From a virus (taxonomy: Duplodnaviria > Caudoviricetes), in IMG/VR virus record IMGVR_UViG_3300033076_001074, positions 1 to 34,484 of that record: a stretch of DNA of 34,484 nucleotides. One strand, 5' to 3'. Shown one piece after another: positions 1 to 7,439 of the stretch (the stretch's first letter is position 1; every line of letters begins with the position of its first letter). Under the pieces are notes generated by a model. It had not been told where the DNA came from. It ran no database searches and worked only from the letters and a program-made list of their open reading frames with translations. Made by a program: the position numbers and the translations under genes.

Positions 1-31
1 TAAAGAGCAGATTGAAGCTTCTTTAACCTGA
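1..31 (+). CDS. Possible 3' end of the ORF starting at 34099 (if circular): ...IKEQIEASLT*
   Basis: Terminal 'at' (34483-34484) plus 't' (1) forms ATT, and the frame continues to TGA at 29-31. Confidence 0.4.
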   Translation, partial: KEQIEASLT

Positions 32-169
32 AAAAATAGCCCATAACAAAAATAAAAAAAGGAATATTACAAGCGTTATTCTTTGTTGCCTATTAACGGT
101 TTTTTCCAATTGTCTTCTTCGTAAAACTTTTTTTATCTCATAGGGTAGATATGTTGGTATCTCGTCCAT
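23..169 (-). CDS. 48-aa small protein with C-terminal transmembrane helix (not in ORF track)
   Basis: MDEIPTYLPYEIKKVLRRRQLEKTVNRQQRITLVIFLFLFLLWAIFSG; a promoter lies directly upstream. Confidence 0.65.
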   Translation of the reverse strand: MDEIPTYLPYEIKKVLRRRQLEKTVNRQQRITLVIFLFLFLLWAIFSG

Positions 170-175
170 AATCGG

Positions 176-204
176 ACTATACCAAAAAAAATTAAATTAA
201 GCAA
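176..204 (-). promoter_or_regulatory. Sigma70-type promoter, likely giving a leaderless mRNA
   Basis: Minus strand TTGCTT-17 nt-TATAGT with TG extension, then 6 nt, then ATG at 169. Confidence 0.55.
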
Positions 205-209
205 ATGAC

Positions 210-246
210 ACAAATCTGTAGCATAATTAATATGCTACAGATTTGT
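210..246. repeat. Perfect 16-bp inverted repeat with 5-nt spacer
   Basis: ACAAATCTGTAGCATA-ATTAA-TATGCTACAGATTTGT. Confidence 0.95.
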
Positions 247-255
247 ACAAAAATA

Positions 256-450
256 TTATTTTCTTTCTTTGAGAAGATCAACGAACATTCTATAAAGTTG
301 ATCAATTCTTTGCGCGTGATTGTCAAGTCTTCTGTTAATCTGCTCTATGTTTTGACTAACTTTATCAATGTCTTTTTCAATACGCTGAAGCATGAAAAAC
401 ATAAAACTTCCTAAAACGCCGACAATTGTTAAGGCTTGTATCCAATCCAT
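256..450 (-). CDS. 64-aa N-terminal TM plus coiled-coil protein; paralog of 26864-27091
   Basis: MDWIQALTIVGVLGSFMFFML...RIDQLYRMFVDLLKERK. Start taken at ATG 450, 1 nt after the stop of the upstream ORF. Confidence 0.8.
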   Translation of the reverse strand: MDWIQALTIVGVLGSFMFFMLQRIEKDIDKVSQNIEQINRRLDNHAQRIDQLYRMFVDLLKERK

Positions 451-451
451 A

Positions 452-595
452 TTATTGCCCGTAGCATCCACTTTCATCTGTAGTGTATTCGCCAGGTCTT
501 CCTGTCCAAACTACGCAGGCGTTACCATCGACGCTGATGATAGATGTGATGAGGGTTGTCGCGCCAATCAGGAAATGTATGATGTATTTTTTCAT
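452..595 (-). CDS. 47-aa secreted peptide precursor (not in ORF track)
   Basis: GGAG RBS; MKKYIIHFLIGATTLITSIISVDGNA followed by CVVWTGRPGEYTTDESGCYGQ. Confidence 0.7.
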   Translation of the reverse strand: MKKYIIHFLIGATTLITSIISVDGNACVVWTGRPGEYTTDESGCYGQ

Positions 596-618
596 AAGTC
601 TTCTCCTTTTTATTTCGT

Positions 619-843
619 TTAAACAATTTTTTGAAAAATTTCTTGATCATTTTTTAACCTATTTATTTCTTCTGCTTGCAATTCAACAACTTTTTGTAAA
701 TCACTAAGCGCTTTATAAAGCTCGCCGTGACGAGAAAACATTCCTCTACGCAAGTTTGCAACTTCCTTTTTTAAACTGCAAACTTCTAATAGCGCTAACT
801 GTTCTTCAGTTGTAGCAAAAAAATCTTGTTGTATCATTGACAT
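619..843 (-). CDS. Hypothetical coiled-coil protein with N-terminal QQDFF motif
   Basis: 74-aa ORF co-oriented with the leftward operon; heptad pattern. Confidence 0.7.
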   Translation of the reverse strand: MSMIQQDFFATTEEQLALLEVCSLKKEVANLRRGMFSRHGELYKALSDLQKVVELQAEEINRLKNDQEIFQKIV

Positions 844-900
844 AAAATTACTCAGTTATTATTTTAAAGTTGCAACTATACGGTATTTTTTTTCATTACA

Positions 901-925
901 GAGTAGAGGGGCGGTCCCTCTACTC
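901..925. repeat. Perfect 10-bp GC-rich hairpin at the stop codon of 924-1133
   Basis: GAGTAGAGGG-GCGGT-CCCTCTACTC; no adjacent U-tract on either strand. Confidence 0.85.
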
Positions 926-1133
926 ACTCCTTTGCCTCACTGATTGCTAAATCTTGGGGCAAAATATGTCTAACAATCAATATTGCCTTAATTACCGATA
1001 TTTCTTTATCTATTCTAAATATCTCTTTTTCAATATCTGAAAACTTTCCATTCATCCACAAAATAGATGACATTATTGCTGTTAAAACAACTACTGTATC
1101 GACATGTTTGCTAAACCAATTATTCATTATCAC
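924..1133 (-). CDS. Small TM plus coiled-coil protein
   Basis: WFSKHVDTVVVLTAIMSSILWMNGKFSDIEKEIFRIDKEISVIK; start overlaps the exonuclease stop. Confidence 0.75.
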   Translation of the reverse strand: MIMNNWFSKHVDTVVVLTAIMSSILWMNGKFSDIEKEIFRIDKEISVIKAILIVRHILPQDLAISEAKE

Positions 1134-1978
1134 TCTATTTTGTAATATTCCGTCGGCGGTTTTCGATATTCATTTAAATCTATGTTAAGCAACTCCGGTA
1201 TCAAGTTATAATCAACAGAACCTTTTTTTATTATTTTTGTTATTTTTATACCATTTCCATAACAATTTTGTCCACTTGAAAGTTTAATCAATTTATTTTT
1301 TGAATTTAACAAATCAACTTCAATTTCTTCTAACTTTTTTTTTGTTTCTTTATAAAAATTACTTTCTTTTTTCCATTCGTCATCATTTTTTTCAATATAA
1401 TCACGATCGGTTAAAGGAGGAGGAATTAATAACGGATCAGTCATGTATTTATAAAACTCAGCTTCCTTGCTGAGAAGAGATTCAATATATTTTTCATCTT
1501 TTTCAACTTCTATTAAAATGGGATCGTTTTGATAGAAACTTAGATAAAATACATTGTTTAGGTTTGCACATTCTAACTGATGTTGCAATTGTGCGACATA
1601 CTTTTTTGGAGGTTTTTTATATTTTTTTACATATTCATGATCTTCGTTAGAGGGGCATTTAATTTCAAGAATGTTTTTTCCATCAAAATCAATGCCATCT
1701 AAAGAAGCAATCATATAAGAGATTGATTTATGTTTTATTTGATAAGAAAATGTCCTGATTCCTGTTTTTTTATAAAAGTAACTCCTTGCCTCATCTTCTA
1801 TATCAAGACCTTTTTGCATATGCGGTAATATTTCTTTTGGTTTATCTAAACCTAGCTTTAAACGCCATAATTTGTAAGGTGTAGAATAAGGCGATTCATT
1901 CATTATAATGGGGGAATCACTTGCTCCTATTTTCCCATTTCTTGAATTTAAAAAATCTTCTCTTGTGTTAAATGTCAT
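1130..1978 (-). CDS. YqaJ / lambda-exonuclease family recombination nuclease
   Basis: R..KIGASD..II...SPY.TPYKLW, G..IE..AR, ASLDG, LEIKC, Y.AQLQHQL motifs. Confidence 0.93.
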   Translation of the reverse strand: MTFNTREDFLNSRNGKIGASDSPIIMNESPYSTPYKLWRLKLGLDKPKEILPHMQKGLDIEDEARSYFYKKTGIRTFSYQIKHKSISYMIASLDGIDFDGKNILEIKCPSNEDHEYVKKYKKPPKKYVAQLQHQLECANLNNVFYLSFYQNDPILIEVEKDEKYIESLLSKEAEFYKYMTDPLLIPPPLTDRDYIEKNDDEWKKESNFYKETKKKLEEIEVDLLNSKNKLIKLSSGQNCYGNGIKITKIIKKGSVDYNLIPELLNIDLNEYRKPPTEYYKIE

Positions 1979-2163
1979 AATAAATTATGTTTGATTGTGT
2001 AATTACTGTTTTTTAAAAGTTTTTTGTAATATTCGTTGTCTTTTCTTTCTTTAATAAGAAGACAGGCAAGAATATTGCATGTTGTGGCGGAATGATCTTC
2101 CGCCATTTCTATATATTCGCCATATTTTTCTTGAACATCTTTAATAATTTGTTCAGGAGTCAT
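1975..2163 (-). CDS. Hypothetical protein
   Basis: 62 aa; ATGA overlaps with both neighbours. Confidence 0.7.
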   Translation of the reverse strand: MTPEQIIKDVQEKYGEYIEMAEDHSATTCNILACLLIKERKDNEYYKKLLKNSNYTIKHNLL

Positions 2164-2936
2164 ATACTACTTTCAGAGTTTACTAATTTTTTATCTTCGT
2201 ATTCTGAGTCAAACTTTTCTTTAGCAGATTGCAAAATTGTATCATAAAGTTTTCTAGGCAGCTCGTAAAAATCTTTAAATCCGAGTTCTTTAATTCTCTT
2301 TAATATTTTTTCTTTGTAGTCAATATCAAGATCTAAAATTGATGTGAGATAGTTAATTTCAGAAGAATCTACTTCTAATTTTTTTTCGAAAGAAATTTCT
2401 TTAAATGATTCACTAGAGCTTGACACATCTAATGTCGATTGTGATATTTCTCCTTCAACGTAGCATCCTTTAATGACGTCCGGAAAAAGTTCTCTTGCTA
2501 AAATAGATAACGCCCTAGCAAATAACATCCGCTGTGGATATTTTTCCCAGGCATTTTTATAAATTCCAGCCATTTTAGCTTCTTCTATTGAAAATGATGA
2601 TGTCCATGTATCACCATTATCAATTCTTTTTCCGTGTAAAATACAGACATTTTTATCACTTCTAGAATCTTTAGTGATGCTGTGACCTTTTGCACGTATG
2701 AGATAATTCATAGTATTAGAAGTTAACTCTACTTTTCCGTTCACAAAATACATGCCGCCGTTAAGAGCCTCTATGACATTTAGTCCAGTGCTTTTTGCTT
2801 TTTGTATAATAGTAAAAATTCCTACTTCACCCAGCTTTGAATAATGCGGTGTTTTCATTAGTTGTTCGCATAGTTTTTTAGACTTTTCTAAATCGATTAA
2901 AGCTGAGTCAAAATCGTCTCGTATTGCTACTGTCAT
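2160..2936 (-). CDS. RecT/Red-beta-like ssDNA annealing protein
   Basis: MYFVNGKVEL, FSIEEAKMAGI, WEKYPQRMLFARALS..AR.LFPDVI.G motifs; near the YqaJ exonuclease gene. Confidence 0.8.
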   Translation of the reverse strand: MTVAIRDDFDSALIDLEKSKKLCEQLMKTPHYSKLGEVGIFTIIQKAKSTGLNVIEALNGGMYFVNGKVELTSNTMNYLIRAKGHSITKDSRSDKNVCILHGKRIDNGDTWTSSFSIEEAKMAGIYKNAWEKYPQRMLFARALSILARELFPDVIKGCYVEGEISQSTLDVSSSSESFKEISFEKKLEVDSSEINYLTSILDLDIDYKEKILKRIKELGFKDFYELPRKLYDTILQSAKEKFDSEYEDKKLVNSESSI

Positions 2937-2945
2937 ATTTAATCC

Positions 2946-3260
2946 TTAAAAATTAATTGTTTTTTTTGTTTGTTTTGTTAAATCTAACGTAAATTGATGT
3001 ATTTTGCTGTGATTGTTATTTACTGAAAATATTTTTATGTCGTGTTGGTAAGAAAAATCAACTTGCAACCTCCACGAAAGCTCTTCAAGATAAAATTCTA
3101 GTTTTTCTTTGTCAAACTTTGTAACTCCGAACAACATTTTATTGATTGCATCTAAAAAATCAGCGCATTCATCTTGCTTTTGTTGGTTTTCTTTACATTC
3201 TGAACAATAGTTATCCGGGTCACATTCATAGTAACCCGTTTTCCAAGCGTCATAGTCCAT
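2946..3260 (-). CDS. Hypothetical protein (MDYDAWKTG..., CxxC)
   Basis: ORF track 2946..3299; internal ATG at 3260 is the likelier start. Confidence 0.7.
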   Translation of the reverse strand: MDYDAWKTGYYECDPDNYCSECKENQQKQDECADFLDAINKMLFGVTKFDKEKLEFYLEELSWRLQVDFSYQHDIKIFSVNNNHSKIHQFTLDLTKQTKKTINF

Positions 3261-3528
3261 TGCTTGACCTTTTTGCATTTTCAACAATAACTTTATCATT
3301 TTGAAGGTAATTTATAAGTTCTTCCAAAGAAATTTCAGATTCTTGTATAAATCCATTTTCACTAAAAAAAATTATAAATATTCGCGTAAACACATTTTCA
3401 TTTCGTTTAATAATATTAGATATCAACTCGAAAGCTTTAATCGCTTCATGTGTCAATGAAGCTCCTATAAACTCGTTTTCTTCATTTTCATTTGTTTTAA
3501 ATCTGTAATATTCTTTTACCGCGTACAT
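3250..3528 (-). CDS. Hypothetical protein, first gene of the leftward operon
   Basis: 92 aa; AAGGA upstream. Confidence 0.7.
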   Translation of the reverse strand: MYAVKEYYRFKTNENEENEFIGASLTHEAIKAFELISNIIKRNENVFTRIFIIFFSENGFIQESEISLEELINYLQNDKVIVENAKRSSNGL

Positions 3529-3578
3529 TTTTGATTTATCCTTATATTTTTTTTCATGTGTTAATTTAGTATCACTCT

Positions 3579-3632
3579 CATCGCTACAACCTGCCAGCTC
3601 TTAGCTAGTCAACAGGGAGACATATGCGAATG
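3579..3632 (-). promoter_or_regulatory. Structured 5' leader of the leftward early transcript
   Basis: Nested pairings CATTCGC/GCGATG, CCTG/CAGG and CTAGCT-AAG-AGCTGG (its G-U pair is valid only on the minus strand). Confidence 0.45.
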
Positions 3633-3637
3633 ATATT

Positions 3638-3666
3638 AATTTAACATATTTGTCCATTTATTACAA
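3638..3666 (-). promoter_or_regulatory. Leftward early promoter
   Basis: TTGTAA-17 nt-TAAATT with TG extension. Confidence 0.5.
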
Positions 3667-3692
3667 TACAAAACATGTCAAATATAAATACA

Positions 3693-3722
3693 TTGTAAAA
3701 AATTAGTCTGTTTATGTACAAT
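3693..3722 (+). promoter_or_regulatory. Rightward early promoter
   Basis: TTGTAA-18 nt-TACAAT upstream of the Cro-like gene (AAGGAG RBS). Confidence 0.45.
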
Positions 3723-3762
3723 ATATGATAAAATAATAATTTTAAAACAAGGAGATTTTTTA

Positions 3763-4119
3763 ATGCAGCTCGTAGAATGGATGAAAAAAAACAATATTTC
3801 ACAAACAGAACTAGCTAGACGAGTAGGTGTTTTCCCGAATCAAATCAACAATATCGTTAGAGGAAGACACAAACCGGCTCTAAAATTAGCAAATAAAATA
3901 AAAAATGAAACTAATGGTGAAGTTACTCTTGATGATATTTTTTCAATAACACCACCCGCAAGTTTAAAAGAAAGGATTGAAAACATGATTTTTACAGATC
4001 GTGAAATACAAGATATCATAAAGCAAAAAGTCGCGGAAGCTATTGAAAAATCAATCAAAAAAGAAGTCTGTATACAGGAAGCGGATTTAAGTTCACAAAA
4101 AGACAATAACGGATTATAG
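3763..4119 (+). CDS. Cro/XRE-family HTH transcriptional regulator
   Basis: ISQTELARRVGV..NQINNIVRGRHKP.LKLA.KI...T.GEVTLDDI; sits at the divergent control region. Confidence 0.9.
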   Translation: MQLVEWMKKNNISQTELARRVGVFPNQINNIVRGRHKPALKLANKIKNETNGEVTLDDIFSITPPASLKERIENMIFTDREIQDIIKQKVAEAIEKSIKKEVCIQEADLSSQKDNNGL

Positions 4120-4126
4120 TAAAGAA

Positions 4127-4225
4127 GTTGTGAGTCAGACAGGTTGCTAAAGCTGACTCACATTTACACCTATTGAGTGTGGTGAGATATTCCAAGTTAT
4201 ATCAAAACTAGAAATATCTCACAAC
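4127..4225 (+). promoter_or_regulatory. Tandem double-hairpin element after the cro-like gene
   Basis: TGTGAGTCAG(4129-4138)/CTGACTCACA(4153-4162) and GTGAGATATT(4182-4191)/AATATCTCAC(4213-4222). Confidence 0.6.
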
Positions 4226-4241
4226 ATAAAAAAAGGCACAC

Positions 4242-4535
4242 ATGAAAATTGAGGTAGTCGAATTTTATCTCGACGAAACACTCACAAAACAAAGATTAAA
4301 ACATGGGACAATGCACATATATATCATAGATTTACAAATCGATATAAGAGGCATTAGATGGTTTAAAACTAAAAAAAAATGGGTTATGAGGATGCCGCAT
4401 CTTATTGGTATAGAAGATGGAAAAAGGGTATTTTATCCAGTAATAACCTTCACCGATATAGAAAAGATGAATGAATTGCTAAACGAAATAAAAATAAAAG
4501 GGTTAGCATACATATTAGAAAAATTTAAAGAATAA
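4242..4535 (+). CDS. SpoVG-like nucleic-acid-binding protein
   Basis: Beta-strand pattern G.MHIYI...IDIRGIRWF...WVMRMP...FYPVITF followed by a C-terminal helix. Confidence 0.55.
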   Translation: MKIEVVEFYLDETLTKQRLKHGTMHIYIIDLQIDIRGIRWFKTKKKWVMRMPHLIGIEDGKRVFYPVITFTDIEKMNELLNEIKIKGLAYILEKFKE

Positions 4536-4563
4536 AAAAGACCGGGAACAGGTCCCGGCTTTT
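4536..4563 (+). terminator. Intrinsic terminator
   Basis: AAAAG-A-CCGGGA-ACAGG-TCCCGG-CTTTT directly after the stop codon. Confidence 0.7.
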
Positions 4564-4619
4564 CATTGTACTAACTATCAATAGGCACTGTCTCATCTTT
4601 GCCTAAAGGAACTAAAAAG

Positions 4620-5693
4620 ATGACTTATTCTAGAACGTCAGACAAATATAATTCAACTACAAATAATAACTTAACAGATAGTATAGAAATATTTGAAGAA
4701 TATCCAAATCATTATTATAGAACAGAAATACCAAATATAATTTTTGATATGAATATGGATTCTTCTTGGATATCTGTATATTGTACTCTTAAACGAATTG
4801 CTGGAGATCGTGGAGTATGTTTCAAATCCATTAAAAATTTAGCTAAACAATGTGGATTAAGCGAGTCAACCACTCGAACTGTATTAAATAATATGTCTCT
4901 CGAAACTATTTTTCATGTTGACGATGAAAGATTTCAAATTTCTGAACCCCTTATAAAAATAACAAAGCGAAGAAGAAAAGATGGTGGCGACGATACCAGC
5001 ATTATAACTATAAATCCTATTTGGGAATTGAATGGTGAATATTATAGAAACAAGAAAAAAGGAAAGCAGAATTCGTTTAATAAAGAAGGGGGTGTAAATT
5101 TGAAAGGGGGGGGGTGTAAATTTGAAAGGGGGGGGGGTGTAAATTTGATACACGAAGAAGAACCCATAGAAGAAGAACCCTTTAAGAAGAAAATACACAC
5201 ACCGAAATTCAAAATTTCGCAAGAAGCAAAAGACTGTGTGTGTTTTTTTTCTGAATTTCATGAAAAGGAAGGAACTCACATAACTGATTTGCAAAGAAAG
5301 CATTGGACGAAAGATTTTACTGCAATGCATGAAGTAGACAAAATTCCATGGGATGAGATAATGCGAATCATAGAGTTTGCTCAAACAAACGAATTTTGGC
5401 AGTCTAGAACGCTTACAGCAAAGAATCTTCGCGAAAACGCACGAACTATCAGGTACCAGATGAAACCGGCTAAAAAAGGCTCTAATGCAAAATTACAGGA
5501 AAAGCTTAAAAACGGAAATGTTTACAAAGGAAAAATCAACGGTAAAGAATCGGACTTTGTGTGCGTAAATCAAGATGACGTTGTAGGGTTTAGATGTGTA
5601 TTGAATAATATGTTTTACGATATATCTTATCAGACGGCAGATAGAGAAAAAGCTATTAAAAGCTTAATAAATAGATTCTCAATAGAAATTTAG
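4620..5693 (+). CDS. Phage replication initiator (N-terminal wHTH, internal iterons)
   Basis: YRTEIPNII, VYCTLKR.AG..G.CFKSIKNLAKQCGLSESTTR HTH; C-terminal I.FAQ.NEFWQSR.L.A..LR; ATG 4620 preferred to TTG 4599. Confidence 0.8.
   Translation: MTYSRTSDKYNSTTNNNLTDSIEIFEEYPNHYYRTEIPNIIFDMNMDSSWISVYCTLKRIAGDRGVCFKSIKNLAKQCGLSESTTRTVLNNMSLETIFHVDDERFQISEPLIKITKRRRKDGGDDTSIITINPIWELNGEYYRNKKKGKQNSFNKEGGVNLKGGGCKFERGGGVNLIHEEEPIEEEPFKKKIHTPKFKISQEAKDCVCFFSEFHEKEGTHITDLQRKHWTKDFTAMHEVDKIPWDEIMRIIEFAQTNEFWQSRTLTAKNLRENARTIRYQMKPAKKGSNAKLQEKLKNGNVYKGKINGKESDFVCVNQDDVVGFRCVLNNMFYDISYQTADREKAIKSLINRFSIEI
5088..5148 (+). repeat. Putative origin iterons: three copies of Gn-TGTAAATTTGA
   Basis: G5, G9 and G10 runs each followed by TGTAAATTTGA at 5093, 5115 and 5138; GAAGAAGAACCC direct repeat at 5154 and 5169. 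Confidence 0.8.
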
Positions 5694-5699
5694 AAAAAT

Positions 5700-6131
5700 A
5701 TGATTGAATATGTAGAGTTATCAGACATAAACGAAAAGTATCAAAAAGTTGCTTGTCTTTTTTTACCTCATCTCTCTGTTGTCAGTGAATCTAACATTTG
5801 CCAGCATTGGACTAAGAAAAGAAAGCGAAGGATTGTTCAAGATCAAATCATTCGTTGGGAATGGAAAATAGCTAATTTTCATCATAACATAATTGTTAAT
5901 CAACCCTACACAATCGTCTTTACTCGTCTAAGTAGACGAAGAATGGACGATGACAATTTGGTTTCTGCATTTAAAGCAATTCGTGATACGATTGCTGATT
6001 TGTTAATTCCCGGCAAAGCTAAAGGTGTCGCAGATGGAGACAAACGTTTAAAGTTCATTTATAATCAGCATCCGGGGCCGAAAGGAATAAAAATACAAAT
6101 TTATAAGTTTAGAGAAGAAAATGAACGATGA
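5700..6131 (+). CDS. RusA-like Holliday junction resolvase
   Basis: S..N..HW..R, R.MDDDNL..AFK.IRD...D, DGD catalytic pattern. Confidence 0.75.
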   Translation: MIEYVELSDINEKYQKVACLFLPHLSVVSESNICQHWTKKRKRRIVQDQIIRWEWKIANFHHNIIVNQPYTIVFTRLSRRRMDDDNLVSAFKAIRDTIADLLIPGKAKGVADGDKRLKFIYNQHPGPKGIKIQIYKFREENER

Positions 6132-6411
6132 AGATAAAAAAAAACAAAGATTAGATCAAATTACCCGCGAAATTCTAGAGCATATTTTAAAAGAACATGA
6201 AGGATTATCAGACTGGGAATATGCTTATATAATAAGTGCTTTATACAACGCATGCTTTGCAAAATTATTTTTTAATGATTGCGGGGAAAATATTGAAGAT
6301 GATCACATTAAAGCTTTTATAAAACACATTTTTTTTAGCCAAGGCGAGTCTCTAAAAAAAACTATTTTAACAACTTTAGAAAAGTTGCAAAAAAGACAGT
6401 TTCAGAGATAA
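6121..6411 (+). CDS. Hypothetical protein
   Basis: 96-aa helical ORF overlapping the upstream gene. Confidence 0.7.
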   Translation: MNDEDKKKQRLDQITREILEHILKEHEGLSDWEYAYIISALYNACFAKLFFNDCGENIEDDHIKAFIKHIFFSQGESLKKTILTTLEKLQKRQFQR

Positions 6412-6457
6412 AAATAAAAATTTTACTTAAATTATGCATTTAGATATAAACACTTTC

Positions 6458-6661
6458 ATGTACAATGAAGAACAGCAAAAATTTTTGTCATGCGTCACTG
6501 TTTTTATCATAGCATTTTTGCTTTTCATGTGTTTTATTATGTTTTCTTGTACTTACAATGTCAGTGTAGTTCACAGCGAAGGAACCGCAACAGATGTTAT
6601 TGATTCAAATCAAACTCCAACATCAAATCTAGAAACACAACTTTCTTTATCACAAATATGA
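6458..6661 (+). CDS. Small membrane protein or lipoprotein
   Basis: Hydrophobic stretch then MFSC-TYNVSVVHSEG; ATG 6458 lies 7 nt after TTTACT-17-TATAAA. Confidence 0.65.
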   Translation: MYNEEQQKFLSCVTVFIIAFLLFMCFIMFSCTYNVSVVHSEGTATDVIDSNQTPTSNLETQLSLSQI

Positions 6662-6823
6662 AAAAATCTGAAAGCTGTTATCAAACTTATTTTCCTTTTT
6701 TTTCCTCCGAAAAAGTTGTGGTTGTAAAAAAAAAGACAGAAAAAAGGGATTAATAAAGTGGAATCTAACAACATAGAACAGCTCGAATTCTCATTTAAAG
6801 AGCCTCGGTTCCAAGAAATTTGA
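6658..6823 (+). other. Two short frames (6658-6753 and a +1 frame ending 6823) joined at an A9 run
   Basis: MKKSESCYQTYFPFF...; removing one A from 6726-6734 gives a 54-aa ORF ending ...IEQLEFSFKEPRFQEI. Confidence 0.35.
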
Positions 6824-6888
6824 AAAGACATGGCAAAGCTTACGTGATAAATTTTGCGATCTTAAAACGTATTTAAAAAGGAATAAAA

Positions 6889-7167
6889 ATGCTTATCCAG
6901 TTGAATCCGCCCATACCACTAATTACTCCACATGGCCCATCTCTTGCACATTTCATCATAGATAACGGTATAGAAAATCATTTGCAATGGGTGTGTTTTA
7001 ATGATAAAACAGGAGAATGCTGGACATGGGAAAATCCAAAAATAAGAGCTCAAAAAAATACAACGATGGGACGAGATCACATATCACCGTTTTACCTACC
7101 AGAATCAGTTGCTTTAATTTCACGAAAAAGAAAGAAAAAATACAAAAATAGAAAATATAAACTTTAA
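6889..7167 (+). CDS. Phage hypothetical protein
   Basis: QLNPPIPL.TP.G...AHFIIDNGIE..L.WVCF...TGECWTW; AAGGA RBS. Confidence 0.8.
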   Translation: MLIQLNPPIPLITPHGPSLAHFIIDNGIENHLQWVCFNDKTGECWTWENPKIRAQKNTTMGRDHISPFYLPESVALISRKRKKKYKNRKYKL

Positions 7168-7176
7168 GGATTAAAC

Positions 7177-7287
7177 ATGAAATATATTCTAATTGCCTTT
7201 ATATCATTAACTTGTGTATCATGTAGCGGAAATTTTTCATGGGATTTGCGTGTCTTGCCGGAAATAAATAATATAGAACAAAAATGA
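7177..7287 (+). CDS. 36-aa putative lipoprotein (not in ORF track)
   Basis: AAGGA RBS; MKYILIAFISLTCVS-CSGNFSWDLRVLPEINNIEQK. Confidence 0.65.
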   Translation: MKYILIAFISLTCVSCSGNFSWDLRVLPEINNIEQK

Positions 7288-7439
7288 ATAAATTTAATTT
7301 TTTTATACTTACATCTTTATTAACTTCTTTTATCCAATTCGCTATTCTTGGTTCGGAATATGCAATTTATACTGTTTTATTTACAATAGCTGTCGTTCTT
7401 TTATGTTTATTCAATATAATTGAAGATAGGTCTCGATAA
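7284..7439 (+). CDS. 51-aa two-TM membrane protein (not in ORF track)
   Basis: MNKFNFFILTSLLTSFIQFAILGSEYAIYTVLFTIAVVLLCLFNIIEDRSR; ATGA overlap upstream and abuts the next ATG. Confidence 0.65.
   Translation: MNKFNFFILTSLLTSFIQFAILGSEYAIYTVLFTIAVVLLCLFNIIEDRSR

Noticed and set aside
210-246. Palindrome as a protelomerase target
   Set aside because: No protelomerase gene is recognisable and the repeat has an asymmetric 5-nt centre.
205-707. Plus-strand ORFs 205-414, 392-622 and 483-707
   Set aside because: Antisense to better-supported minus-strand genes that have RBS, coupling or a paralog.
3639-3666. ATTTAACATAT resembles a XerD arm
   Set aside because: No matching XerC arm at 6-nt spacing; explained by the extended -10 of the leftward promoter.
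4884-5384. 166-aa minus-strand ORF inside the replication gene
   Set aside because: Phe-rich shadow of A-rich coding sequence.
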